Assembly: GCA_965235115.1 (NCBI GenBank)
Contig: OZ249452.1
Span: forward strand, 9,114,001-9,178,000
Length of the DNA stretch: 64,000 nucleotides
Source of the DNA: Laetmonice hystrix
Taxonomy: Eukaryota
Direction of reading: 5' to 3'
The notes under the pieces are model-generated. The model was not told the origin of the DNA and did no database searches. It saw only the letters and a program-made list of their open reading frames with translations. Every line of letters starts with the position of its first letter. The stretch's first letter is position 1. The translations under genes were made by a program, and so were the position numbers. Positions 38,201-53,200 of this stretch are shown in pieces.

Positions 38201-41200
38201 GAGAAAACACATTGTTAGACGGCTCATATCAGCAAAGGTAGATGTTAGAACAACAGCTCGGAGCTTGGAAAAAGTATAGATATTTATATAACCTATATAG
38301 GCCTACCAACAATATATCTTCCTGGATCTATTTGTGCTGGTAGAAATCCATGAAATTATGTGGTACGAACTAACACCATCTCCACTCTAGTCCCAACTTC
38401 ATGGGAGTGTTTCCATGGGGAGTTTACGTGTATCTGACAGTTCCCATGGTCCCACGTCGCGGTGTCTGACGGGGGCCGGAAGCGGCTGCCGACATTAACA
38501 AAACCAAGGTTCTATACCAGACACGACCTTTACGTTACAGCGGCAGGGTGGCCACATTTTACCTGTACATTCTGGAATATCTGAGATGTGCTTGGAAGAA
38601 ATCAGCCGGTATTAGAAAACAACACGTGTTTCTCCAAATAAATACGTATATTTGCTGGGCCTGCATGAAGATTAAAAAAAAAATTCTAATACGTATAATA
38701 GAAAACACCTATATTGAAATTAGTTGCCAAGGCACTTAGCAATGGATCCAATGGATCTGTCTTAAATCAACCTTTTTAAATTTACAGTCGTTGATATAGT
38801 GTATGCTTTAGGAAGTATAAACTGCCTTCACCTAAATTAGCATGATAGAATGGCATGCCAGTTATAAACAAACACAATCACTGCACAGTTCAAGGCCAGC
38901 GTCAAGCGTTAGTAAGTAACATTTCCAAAGGCAGAAAGTGGAAAGGTCAAATCTTCAAGTCATGAGTTCAGACTAGCCAGTGTCTTTTTAGGTATGTTAA
39001 ATATTAAAATATACGCTGATAATAGCTCCTGGCAGCTGTGTAGGTCAAAAGTAAGTAGACTTAATTGTTATTGACGCCAACTGCCGGCATTTTGTACTGT
39101 CAGGAAGACTTCGGCAGCATTCCCACAGCTGCGATACTGGCAAGAAATAAAATTCATAACTGCGAAAACGGTAGAGGAAATAGTCATAAGAAGCCTGATG
39201 CTAGAATTGCCTGGATCATGCTGGTTGGGGGGTAGATAGTGAATTGTACCCCCAACCCCCGTCCTTCTCCGCTCCACACACACACAGCTTCCCCGATGAC
39301 ATTGGTGTGAATTCAAGCGCAGTCGGTTGTGTGCTCGTTCCAGGGCGCTCTGCGGTATATCGCTGGCGTAGAGGGCCTCAAGGTGACAGCGCATGGCGGC
39401 CCGGTCATCGGGATATGTAATTAGAAGCCGGGCACTGCGGCTGCACCAGGCTGGTTGCCTGGACACGTTCTGGCTTCCGGTGAGAGGGTGAGAGTATTAA
39501 CCCTGCCCTGCAGCCCTGACATGAAGAGGGGGTACCGTCGAGGGTGGGGGTGGGGGTGGGGGTGAGGGTGGGGGATCAGTTCTGCCCTACAGCCCTGTCA
39601 TGACCGGGGTGGCTGGTTTTAATGTGTAACGGGAGTACGTGAAATAAAGGGCACATTTTTTTGGCGGTGTTGGAAGGAATTATAACGGGTACAGAGGCGG
39701 ATCCAGAATCTTTCTTCCGGGGGGGGGGGGGGGGGGGGCACAGGTGTATAGGTGGATGAATGGATCCATATAGATACCTGACATGGGCAAGGGTCACTCA
39801 GTATGGGGGGACCAGAAACCCTGCTTTTGAAAAATTTCGGGGGAAGGTCCCCTGTGCCCCCCCCCTGAAATCCGCCACTGGGGGAATATATAACGGGTGC
39901 CGAAAGCGTCGCATTGGAAAGGACCATAATTATTGCAGGGGTCTTGTAATTTTTTTCGGAGGGGGGGGGGTCTACATCAAGGTTCGTTTCATTGAACGAG
40001 TTTAGAAAATGTACCTACTTTTATCATTTTGTTAGGGGGAGGGGTTTGTCGTCAGGACGAGTACGCCATGCCAGTTAAAGAAGAATACCGGACTTTACGG
40101 CATAATTTCAATTCCCATCAAGTATCATAAGCACTGGTCGCGAGACTTGCGACTGAAGATGAGCTCAACCTACGACGAAAACTTGCGACAGTCATCGCAA
40201 ACATTTGTCTGAAAGAGAGCCCGGGTCTTGAGTGGCCATTGTCATGGATACCCAGTCCAAAAAAAATCGATAGGTCTGATTCAAGAGGATCTCCAACGCG
40301 GGGCTGCCTTCGTGAGCCGCGACCCCCCTTTCCCATCCATTCCCCTCCACCGCCCCCCGTCCCCTCCACCCCCCTACCCGCCACCCGTGTATGTACAAGA
40401 TGCGCTGACATACACACGCGCAGGAAAGGGAGGCGGGCTTGCTCCGCGCGCGTGTTCGATTGGACACTCCTCGTGCGTACCATGCACATCCAGGCACGAT
40501 GGGCGCGTGGACACACGTACGGCAGCCCAGGCTGAGGTCGGAACTGCAAGCATTTTGTCCTGTCTATCGTCCAGTTTGTTGTCCTTGCTAACAAATTAGG
40601 TCGACCGTCCATGGACAGTTAATGATGAATCATGTGCCCGTGGTAAACCAAAAAAAAGAAGAAAAAAATGGTATGGTATCAGCCTTTGTCTCTGTGCAGC
40701 ATGTAGGCAGAAATGGCAGCGTTCATCTCCTGGAAATTTAAATGAAACTGTACATTACATTTTAAACAAATGCGTCCTCGAACAATTAAGAAATCACCCC
40801 GCTTGAGATTATTCTAACAGAAGACTTTTTCTCTTGGGGGAGGGGGTCAAAATTCCTTGATCTACTGTATAGCAAGTATAAACACCACAGAGATCAATGT
40901 CACCGGAAATGAAATGATTTCCGCTTTTGTTCTTCTACTTCCGGTTGACTGGATGATGTATCCAGCACGTATCCGTCCCTGAAATAACCGGCGTTTACTG
41001 AAAGGAAATTTGTTACCCCAGGTCGTCAGATGTATTTCCATGAACTAAATTCATATTGGTGCGGAAGAAATTCTTTCCTGACGAATTCTTGTCTGCAGCG
41101 TTGTCTTATGACGATTGCGTAACAGAAACCAAGATGGCGTCTTTGAAACGTTATGTTGACGTTATAACTTGGGAAAGCCCATTTTTAACCAAAGCATGCT

Positions 41201-44200
41201 GTGATGGATTGAGGGATATGTAGGCGATAATTGAGTATCAATGGCGGACGTTCCCATGCAGATGGCTGACTTTGATGCTCTGAGCCCTGTCATCGGATAT
41301 TCAAATAGCAATCGACTTTAGTATTTTTATTGCTTGCCCATTGGCACCAGATATAAGTAAATAAATCGAACGCACGGTTTGGATGTTCGCCGAACCAGCT
41401 GCCATCAGGATCAGAGACAGAGGCTGCCGACAAGTCGTGTCACCAGTTCACAAACTCTACATTTAGATAACCAAAGACAAGTCATTAAAATGGCGTAGCA
41501 GTTCGAAACACAACGGCAGTAGTGTAAATTCACGGAGGCATTTGGTGAGCCTTATTCGTAAACAAACCAACGCGAGTGGCGGTCGGTACGGTCATACCAC
41601 AATCAATCCCATTATGTAATACGAGGAAATTCCGTGACGTCATTATGAACTAGGTCTATGAGGTGCGCAGGTGTAAAAAACGTCTAAAGCGTGAGACTAA
41701 AATAACTTGGCAATAGACACTTCCGCCCTTCGAATTGTCTTTGGTCATCTGTCTATTTGAATCTCAGGCTCGGAAATTATAACAACGTGATGACGTTACG
41801 TCATGCGTTGTTTTGACAAGTTCGCCATCATTGAGCGAGACCGAACGGTCGGTAGAAACAAGAAGCAATGCCCTTGGCAGGGTTTCATACAGAGAGAGGG
41901 GGACGGGGGGATAGATCCCCTGCATAACTTGGACAAGGGGGGACCCCCCAACATCAACCCGCAGAGCAACCTTTTCTTAAATAGCAATTTTTAGCTCTAA
42001 ACTGGCTTACGCATGCGCAGTTGGCATGTAAACACAAAGCTGTCGAGAGGCATGAGAGGCAACTAAGCAGGCAAGCGCCTATTATATAAAATCTTATCAA
42101 TCCTCCCTTACGATGTTCAATGTTTTCAAAAGTATACATTGAGTTGGAAGTAGGGTAATGTTCTATGTGAATCTCTTGCTGATTTTCTATGTATCACGCA
42201 TAAAAAAAGATGGAATTTCGTTGATAGATTTGCGAGAGATTTTTGCTCTGAGATGCTCAGAAAACGCGTCTCCAGCATTCCTGGAAAAAATCCCCAGACC
42301 CCCACCCGGGCACGCCTACGGTGGGCATAGAATTACCCCCCCCCTCAATTATTTTCTGGCGTAAACTCTGCTTGGAGTGTGGTAAGCGTAGAGTATTTCA
42401 AAGCTGGTTTTTTAGAAAGACATCTCTTGAAATAGTGATTTCCATTTCCACTGATTTCGAACAGGGCGAAAATTTACTTTTGGCGATATGGGCGTCAATG
42501 AAACATCTCATTGCCATTCAAACTCTGTAAAAATACACAAAACGTTTGAAATTTTTCGACATATAGTCTCCTCGCTCAATCTCTCATTACTCGCGTGCTG
42601 GATCCCCATCAAGTAGCAAGGATTCCTGCACGTATGTCAGCCCGTGTTATCGGACCTTGAGCTCGTCTGGTATTCATACCAAATCACATACTAAATCATA
42701 CAGCGCCAACGACCATCCTGATAGTTTATAGGCTGAGACTGTGATGATATACATGTAATAGTGTACGAGACCAAGCTATCGCCGGCCCTCAAAACGTGAT
42801 CGTAATTAGGTATCACACTCGTTCTATCCGGTTGTGGATTTTTGGTCGTACAGCAGTTTACTTAGTGTTTTCACTATTTGTGGCTCTGCAACTGATTCCA
42901 TACTATTTCCGCTTCCATAATGATATTGACCGCAGGAAAAGACGTTGTCTAGATTTCGAATTTTAATTCGTAGCATTTGCGAGAATGGCATGGGGAAAAG
43001 AATTGCTACTCATGATCCATTAAAGCACCAACACCATCACATTTTCTAAAGTCGAGTTGTTGGGAATGATCTGGGAAATCGATATCTTTCAAATAAATTG
43101 AGCAAATCATATAAAATAGCATTACGGACAAGGCAGTGTAATTTAGACACGGAGAGATACAGGCCTCACAACATTGGAGGGACGATCGTGTGGTACAGGA
43201 CGTTGGTTAACCATCAAATGGAATCAGCTTTGATAAGTACAAACGTTATGTTTCCCCGTCCCCCAAACATAATGTCTCTCTATCCACAACCCGTCTGGAC
43301 ATGCAGGTCAGGGTAGCCGCCCTGCAGGTCGGGCCTGCTCTGACGACCTGCATTTCCGGCTTGCACTTCCGACCTGCAGTTCTGACCCATCGGTAACCCT
43401 ACTGACCTGACTCCCACCCCCTACCTCCTGGACCCCCAACCGAGGTCCCCGTTACGCGCATCGCCACGGAAATTTAGATCCTTCCTCACTACTCCTATTG
43501 CCGTTGCCTAGCAACGCCTTGGAAGTAGTGCAGCAACATTCATGTTAATGTCAGAGATAGAGGACCAAGTGAAGAGGCAGCAGGGTGGAGATCAGGGACA
43601 AGCGCTGATTGGAAACCTATACCATACGAGTTGGATACACCCTGCTTTGGATATAGATCTGAGCAAACACATTGTGGCACAGTCCCCCGGAGCGAAGCCA
43701 CTCGCTGAAGCCACTCGCTGAAGCCACTCGCTGTCATGTTTCTATGCCAGGTTCACGAGTCAAATAGCAGTGGGTAGTTCTTTCTGTTGTTACCAGATCC
43801 CTGAAATACAGAGCTTCTTCTGTCATGTTCTTGTCCAGGGCACACGCGTCGTAGAAAGGACATTAAATTGGTATAATGTTTCAAGGAGAAATAACGAGGC
43901 CCATAACGAATAAAGACTGGTACGATATAAGATCAGAATAGAAAACGTTTGGAAGAATGACCTTTTTTGAGCTCGTGCTAAGGTATGAAAAATCTACATC
44001 TGTTGTCCATTAAAATGTTCGTAGGCATATTCTTTTCTTTTCTATCCTTTTTAAGTAGAATTTTGCAATGTTATCTATACATAACGGGTAATGTTGGATC
44101 TGGAGTTTTCCAAATACATGTACATAATTCAGATCCTAGAGGGGGCTCTTTCTCGCCCCCTGAAATGAAGGGGCCCAATAAAATATGTATTAGGAAACTA

Positions 44201-47200
44201 TTGAGGATCGTCATCCTATATAAAAGTTACATTTTAAATTAAAAAAAAACAGAAGTTACATTTTAGTCTGTATAGCCGGTTAGTCGTGTTAAAAGTCCAT
44301 GTTATTGGAAAAACCAGAGATCTGCAACGTCTTTGAGATAAGTCACGCGGCTTCCGTACCTACAAACATCTTGCTAACAGAAGATAAGAGAGTGAGAGGG
44401 GGAAGAGGGAGAGAAAGTTTTTTTTATTGGATTGGGACCTCGTCTGATAGCAAGGACCTAGAAGCAGGCCATTTGGTCGAGTGACATGGCGAAGTGTAGT
44501 CTGATGTTGGCCTACAGTCTGACCTAAAACTCTCACGCTGAGGAACAAGAAAGGATGGGACAGTTATGTGGGTGGGAGGCCTAGATTTGATTTTATTATG
44601 AAGTACTCTAAAGGGCTGTTTCCACTAACCTAAGTCAGGCAGTTTTCCTTGCGATGGCCATGCGATTTTTTTATTTCATGGTGGGATTACACTCTGTATT
44701 TTTTTTCTGGCTGGCCTTCTCTGTTTCTGTAAAAGGGTTCCATTCTTTAATCTCAAAATCACAGTAAAATAAAAAAGGCGATGTCCAAATCGCATGGAGG
44801 TCGCAAGGAAAATCGCCTTATAGTGGAAACAGTCCTTACAGGAATACGATGATATTCTGAGTTGTTTTCTTTAACGAGTACATCTTCATTCCACTCAATT
44901 TTAGTGTTTATTTCCTTGACTGCATTTGCTTAAAAGGGATGGGTCGCGGCCGCCATATCTCCGCCATCTTTTTTAGCCTACATCCGGGGCAGCGAGCGTG
45001 CATGGAGTCAGCAGCTGTCGACCGCTGTTACATCCACCAGGAGGCCCTGGCCCCCCGGAGAATTTTGAAAACTAAAGCGCAAACCATGCATTCTCCTGCA
45101 ATCTAGGATGAAAATCAAGTTCTTAAAATTCAGTCAAACGGTCAACCTTTTAACAATTATTTAACAGCTTCAAGACTTCTAGCGCTAAAAGCTTCTTTGC
45201 TTGAAGTATAGAACAAAATGACAAAAGCGGTAGATTTTTAGTAATCAGAACCCTTGAGGCAGTAGGCGGCATCAGAGCTTGAAAAACGGTAATATACCGT
45301 CCCATCCATGCTTCGCTATGCCGGGACGGTATTGAGCGAATGGCATTGGCACTCTTTGAACACTCCATCCTAGTAGATCTTTAATTCTGACTATCACAGC
45401 TAATATACCACTCTGATTACTTATAATAACGACCTGCCGTGTAAAAGTATGCTTATTTGAAATCTCGAATCGGGAACGACAAGCGATGTTGACCCTATTT
45501 TATGTCCCCTCACCGGAAGTCCTGATTCGTGGAAAAATGGTGGAAGCTGGGAAATATTCGTACATCTCTGCATAAAAAAAACCCGAATCTGAACAAATAT
45601 ACAAGTGGCAAGGGGAATCTTGTATGTTGCCTCGTTGTTATTTAATCAAACATGAATTTTGACTAGGAGATTTTGTTTTTTGCCCTCCCTCGGTATCTTA
45701 TTCAGCTCTGACCAAAGGGGTCAAGCATAACCCCTGCTCGAAGACAGGGATTATTACATAGGCTATAGTCCCAGGAAAGATGCCATCTGCTGCTGCAGAG
45801 CCTTAATGAATGTCAAAGGCGAATTAATCCCTGAACGCAGCGTTCGACCACAAAGGTCAAGGTCACTGCAATCAAAGCGACACGACTACTTCCGGGTCGA
45901 CGGGGCGCAAATTGACTCGAGGCTGTGGTGTTAGATAACGACGCATGTGGTATAGTCCGATTAGTTCTAGGTTCTGCCGCTAGGCGGTGGAAACGTTATG
46001 AATAACAAAAAGATAATGAAATCCCTACCAGGGTCGTTTCTAATAGTGCCAGGGGACAGAGCGAGCTGCCTCGTTACATTGGAATGTCTCTCCCTGCGGT
46101 GAATAATAAAAATGCTGATCGTTGAGTTAGGCAGGACTTGGCGATGGTTTTGCCGGCTATTTGGAGCGTACGTAGTACTTGTAGCTAAGAAAGACAAATT
46201 GACAAAGATTTCATCATTGCTGTATATCTTTGAGATAAGTGTGGGTGCACCATGCCGGATCAAAGTAATCACCAGAACCCCCCCCCCCCCCCAAAAAAAA
46301 GGAGAAAAACCAGCAACACGCAGTTTCAAAAATACCAACGGACCCCCCCCCCGGTACATATACGGGTGGGGGTGAAGGGTGAGTGTGGGTGGGGGTGGGG
46401 GTGTGGGTGGAGTCTGGAGGAGTCGTGCGGTGCAAGCGGCGATGAACATATACAAGTCTGTAAACATCAAAACCTCAACATTCCATGTACAGCCGCAGTG
46501 CTATCGCCACCAACTGCCAGTCCCAGAGGAGCCCGCCGGTCGTACTGGGAAAGATAAAAACTGGAATGCGTCTTATCTACAACCGGAACGGATATAGAGA
46601 CGAAGGCAGCTGCAAAAAGAGCTTTGATAGACTCTTTGGTTCCACAAGTTTCTTTTTTATTACTATTGGCTTGATCAAACCTTTGGTTCCATAAGTCTCT
46701 TTTTCTAGAAGGTTTTCTCGGGTGGCGATTGGACACATGCGTGTATAAAGTAGAGCTGAGGCCCTTTGACACCAACGCAATCCTTTTAGCCTAACAAGAG
46801 CAAGCCAGATTAAATAATGAAGCAATTAAATAATGAGGAGTGTACTGCAGAGACAGACAGGGGGGAAGGTTGCAGAGTTTTCATACTATCTGTGTTTATG
46901 ACACACAGTTTCTACATGGAAAGGCCACAGCTGGCAGATCAGACTGTGGGTGCTCCCCTGTCTTTTCATGGTTGTATACTCGGTTAAAGTTAACACAGGG
47001 GTGCGTTCCACTGACGTCTTTGTAAAGACGTCTTTGCGGGGCCAATGTTAAAGAATAGGTGGTTACTGAAACACCCGTCCCCACAAAGACCTCTTTGGCT
47101 CAGCGACCATTTCAAAGAAGACCATGAAAATAAATGTAGAAAGTTAAAGTGTCTGTGTCCTCGTGGGCCACCGTAGCCCTGCTTAGCTTCAAGCTTGCTG

Positions 47201-50200
47201 TTTAGAGCCTTTCTGAAACCGGGACTGAAGCTCAAGCTTAAGCAAGATGTAATTTTTTGTTAAACCGGCCCATCTGATCATAGCGTCTGCTTGGTGACAG
47301 CTCGGTGTAGATGTCTGTGTACGAGTCAACAGATCTGTTATGCCGACAGCAAGTTAGCAAGTGTTATTACTTGAAGCTTTGCTACATTCTAGTTACAGTC
47401 TGTACGCCCGTTATTGTATCAACATACATAGAACAACTGAGGTCAGTGTACTGAGGGTATAGTCCATTAGAGAGAGACAGAGTCGATACACACACTCAAT
47501 GAGGCTTAAAGTGTTGTAAATATACCAGCAACGCAGACGAATATTTACCAGTGGCGCCAACAGATGGCGCTGTATTCTTGGCCAATGAATACATTCATAA
47601 ACCTACGAACAGACGGACAAATATATCCCATATATATATATATATAAATATATATATCGTGGTAAATTATCTGTAAATTATTGCATTGCATTTAGGATAA
47701 ATTAGGCATTCTTTACACATTTCTATTAAAAACTATAGATTTTAACCCATATTTCCTGCCATGTTGGATAACTTTGTGATGTTTAGACGGAAAATAACTA
47801 CGAGCAAAACTTTCTTGGTACCACATTTTTCTATGTGCAAAGCTGACAATTTGATAGTCAGCTACCTTTAATTTTGAGTACTGACGAAGCCGATAGGCCT
47901 ACATTCGCGCAACGTGGGTGCTCCCTTTAAAAGAAAAGACCACCGCCAGTCTGCACAGGCCAGGCACACAGGCCGTGATATTCTAAGCAAGTTAAAAAAT
48001 AACGTTGACAGCTTATTTATATAAGCAAAATTTGTTAGAACATAGACGAAAACTACCGATCATAGTAAAGAGGATTGGCTAGGAATTAAGCCTACCGATG
48101 TCAGGGGATATATCAGGGTGGACACGGATCTCGGCAAGCTCCAGCCGTGGGTTTCGGCCGCCGGCATTCAATTCGTCCCGCACGGAGGTGATGTTGGCGG
48201 GGCTTGCAGGGCGACTGGGCCGGGCCCTGACCGTGGCTTCGACCGCGGGCGGGTGCTGGCAGTGTCAGACTCTTGTGGTCACTTCAACACAGACCTGTTT
48301 TAGTTGTGACTGTGACTGTGGGACTGACCCCCGTTGATTTTGCCGACCCGCCCCGGCTGCCTTTACTTTAGTCTAGTCTAGCCTAGCCCCGAAACGTCAC
48401 TTCCGGCCAGCCCAAAAGCAACAAATGGCTGCGCCGCTGAAGCCAGTGATTTTGACACGGTTGTCATGTTCAACATATGACTTCTTGGAATGGGGGGATA
48501 TTTATTTCTAACCACTACTCTGAAAGGTGAGTGCATATAGAGGCCTTGTAGCTGTCCAAATGTGATTTTTGACTGGTCTTCTCCTTTAAGATAAGTTTAA
48601 ATAACAGACCTTAAAGTTACACATCAACAAAAGGGCGTCGATATGTCAGCCTACAGAGCATTTGCCAAGTAGTATAGGGGAAGTATTGTACGTTGACAGT
48701 TGGAAGTTGACAGACGACATAGTAGTATATGAAAAGTTGGATACTATGGAGTGTTCTTTCACGCTAATAGTGGAATGAGTGTAATTGTTTTCCTTGCTCT
48801 AGGAATTATGGCGTGAATTACTTTCTGATATCTAAGAACAAAAAGTTAAGTATTTTATAAAGACTTTGGTTCCATGTCTTTACAACAGATTACGCCTGTA
48901 GAAATGTTATACCTCCTTGCACAGTCAGGTGTAAGTCTTATACTGTCAAAACGATTGAATAAAAAAACAACATACTTATAATATTTAAGAACCGTGACAC
49001 AGAATGCCTCTTCTCTCTCCAACTCAAAAAATAAATACAAAAAAAGTATACGGTATTGTGTAAAATGGGTACGAATCAATTTATGACCTCTATAAAGCAT
49101 AATATAGGTATGTTCTATATCATGTTCTCACATCGTTTGGCAGAGGGGCGAATACATATTATATGTTGTAGTGTTATGGCTTTAGACGTCAGGCTAGGAA
49201 AGGTTAACTGAACCTACAAGTTCATCGATAAATCAATGCTATCTCGTGAATTTTACAGACGACACCTACCACCTACATATTTGACATCTTTTCCAGTGCC
49301 TACATTTCCTGAATACATTTTGTTCGCAATATACCACAGGGATCCGAGGTCGGGGCTTTACTCAACCACACACCATTCGGAATCAATGCTCGCTTGATCT
49401 AACCTACACTCTGACCGATTGCATTTGGCCAAAGTTTCATTACTTTCGTCTTTGAGGCCGATGAAACGGTAATTACCCAGCGCTGACTACCATCAGAGCT
49501 TGTCGATTCCACGACCCGAGCGGTTTCGGTGCGCAGCTATTTATAGCATTGCACAGGAAGTCCGTCACCGGAATTATGACGTCATCGACGTCAGCGGGCG
49601 TCTTTTACCAGATCACCCACCCCGCATGCGCACACCATGAATGGCGCACCTGGATAGCTCATGCTTTAAACCTTACGATTCTGGTCCTTTCTTCTTAACA
49701 CTAGGCCTACCCTCTCCGTTGAAATGTATACTCATTAGTCCGTTAACAATATTGGATGTTCCTCGTCTTGAGTTTCATTTCTGAACTGGCAAATTATGAG
49801 GAGAGGAGACCAACTTAGGGGCCTATTCAAATCGGCTGTGTCCCCATCGATTAAGTTATTCCCATTTTCACGTCGGTATCAGAAGGCCTAGTCTTAACAA
49901 GGACAGAATCCCAATAAGATTAGTGGTTTATTTCAAGGACTAAAATGGTAAACAATATGATGTGTGAAATGTCCCATCGGAACGTTAGGAATAAGGTAAA
50001 CTGGACTGTTGTAGCAAATTAAAAATGAGGTCTGTAAATACAGGTGAATATAATATATATGTTTGTGTGTGTGTGTGGTGATGATTGGGGGGGGGGGATG
50101 TTCTGAGGCTCCTGTTCCCTCCCCCGATATACCTAGCCTTATATCTATATTGTTATCACTAAAGGTAATCTCGGAACATGGTGAAGCAAACTCTAAACAT

Positions 50201-53200
50201 ACGCCTGTGTTTTGTTGTGTGTTTCTAGGGGCGTTGTGGCTATTCACGTCGATCTGGAGAAACTGGACATTAACCAGTGCCCGAACAGCCAGACGATGTT
50301 CGCCAATACCCATAGGTGTCGCTCTACGACTGAGGTAGGTCACGTGACATGACCGCCATGCCCTTGGAACCAAACGCTCAAGTAGTAACACATATTATCG
50401 CCCACACGTTTGGTCTGACTGTAGTTTCAGCCCAAACTTCATGCAGTGTCTAGCCTATAGGCCTAGGTTTGGTTGTAGTTTCAGCCCAAACTTCATGCAG
50501 TGTCCATAGGCTTAGGTTTGATTGTAGTTTCAGCCCAAACTTCATGCAGTGTCTATAGGCCTAGGTTTGATTGTAGTTTCAGCCCAAAGTTCGCAGTATA
50601 TTATTCAGATCTGATCGTATTTTCAACCCAAAGTTCCTGAAGTATTTCTAGATCTGACTTTTAGTTTTGCTGTTTCCTCTGCAGTGTATAGCGGTTCCGC
50701 ACATGGGCTTCCAGCGTGGTAGCTATCGATGTGTCTGTGAGCAGGGCTACTATTATCCAGACCAGACCAGCCCCAACAGTCGCGTCTTCAACGGCTCCGA
50801 CGTCGAGGAAAGTTACCTGAGAAAGCTGCTTAACACGTCAAACGATTACGATGACAAATTTCAGTGTCTTCCATGCAGAGAGGGTTGTAAAGTTTGCAAC
50901 AGTGGCGAACCTTGTTACGTCGATTACAACATCCTCATCCGAGGCGTGCCTCTGGGCATTCAGAGTTTTTGCATGACTATAACTCTGGTTCTTGGCTTCG
51001 TCATTTTGAAGATACGTAAGTCAAAGGTAAGCATGACGTCAGGGGTGGGGGAACTCCGGCTAATTACGAAGATGTAGGCTATTCTGCCGTGAAATGACAA
51101 AAGGAAGCAAGTCCAAAAGTTCAAGTTTCGAGAAATGGACATAAACAAGTTGTCTCTACAGTGCAGTTGGATGTATGCTTCCTTCTGTCATGTGACTGAT
51201 AGCTTTATAGAAGGATGTTTAGCAGAAATACACCGATTGATAGATAGGACTTATTTCCCTGAATCCAAATTTACACTTAAGTCGATTTTGATGAAAGTTT
51301 GACTTCCTTTTGTCATTGCACGGCCGTATTTATCCATAAACCTATATTAAAATGTATTATATTTGCAAATACTGCATACTATGCTACGTATACTAGTACG
51401 GTACAGGTTTTCGTTATGCATACACAAAACAAATCTATGTTTACTTAGTATACATTGTTACCTTATTTGATGATATTGGTATTTAGTACGTTGTACATAT
51501 TTGTAAATGTATGACATGTATTTTATTAAGCATCACATGGGGAGGGAGGTAAGTTCTACCATCTCCTGCTCGTAGACTTTAACACATATTTGACATTGCC
51601 TTTTATAGGGTAGACGCTAGGACACCTAAAGGAAAATTGTAATTTTCTTAAATTTTTTACTACCTTCCTATGGATTTGTTTGTAGAGGCGAAACAGTACA
51701 TTTCGACTTTTACCAGCTCACTGTGGAAAAAGAATTTGTTTGTTTAGGAAATTTGATAATTTCCCTTAATATTATGGTATTATTTCATAGTCCACATCGC
51801 AACTAAAATTAACATTTTTCGCTTGAGAAAAATATGCGAAAACGCTTAAATCTGAAGTGACGGCACTGGAAACTATATTCTGCAGAACCATTATGAGGCT
51901 GCATTCCGAGTAGTAATGCTATTTCTAGCTCGACCAGCTGGAAGCCTTAGAGTTTGTAATAACACCCTTCCCCGCCATGGCAGCGTCGATAACGGGACCA
52001 TAGCCTATAATTAGGCACATGCCGGTATTATCCCATAATAGTTCAGTAATGAACAAAATTCGGCCGTGATACTCAGGTCATGAACCTTCTATACCCATGC
52101 AGGTCAGCCAATGAGAAGCGTTCAATTTAATCTTAATCAAGAACTTAATTTTGAAAAAAAACGGGCTCCTTGACACAACCTTTTATTCTGAAGCTGATGT
52201 CTTTCCATATCATTCGGGAAAAACCTTTTGATAGCCTTAAAATCAGAAATGTGAAAATTGTATATACAACATAATATTTAAACGAAATGCCTCAATTGAT
52301 GGTCGTCAAGACATTTCGTACAACTTCCAAATAATTGAAAGTTTACGAATACCTGATGGTATAAAGAGTAACTATTTTCTTGAAGTAGTTTACATTTTAG
52401 ACTAGTTAGTTGTTTCCTTATTCGATTTTAACTCAAGTGCTGTGGGTTTCTTTCAATGCTAGATATAGTATGATCGTTCACTAATAAGAGTGTTAAAACT
52501 ACTCAAGTATAGATATAAATTGAAAAGACAAATATCAGTTCGCGGTAATAGATCATGTCAGTCAATAACTTAAAGAGGCACATGACGTATATCCACCCAC
52601 CAACCGAAAAAACATTATTGTAGCCAGTATATTCATGAATACGATGACATAATTGTAGCCATTATATTCACGAATACGACGACATATTTATCGTATCCAT
52701 TATAATTCAGGAAACGATGACATAAAGTTCTATCGTTGCCTTTATATTGATGAATACGATGACATATTTATGTTTGTTAATTGTGAGAAGGATGTTTGAT
52801 GTATTTTGAGATGGATGTTTGATGTGTTTTTGAGAGGGATGTTTGATGTGTTTTTGAGATGGATTTGAGAGGATGTTTGATGTGTTTTTGAGAAGGATGT
52901 TTGATGTGTTTTTAAGATGGATGTTTGATGTGTTTTTGAGATGGATGTTTGATTTTTTTAGAAGGATGTTTGATGTGTTTTGAGATGGATGTTTGATGTG
53001 TTTTTGAGATGGATTTGAAAGGATGTTTGATGTGTTTTTGAGAAGGATGTTTGATGTATTTTTGAGACGGATGTTTGATGTGTTTTTGAGATAAATGTTT
53101 GATGTAATTTTTGAGATGGATGTTTGATGTGTTTTATTGCTACGATCAGGTGATGAAGGCGAGTATGTGGGTCATGGTGGAGATCATTCTTCTGGGCGCA

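Noticed and set aside
39068-40612. 132-164 aa ORFs in GC-rich intron islands
   Set aside because: No recognisable domain or phase-consistent exon structure; ORFs of this size are expected in GC-rich sequence.
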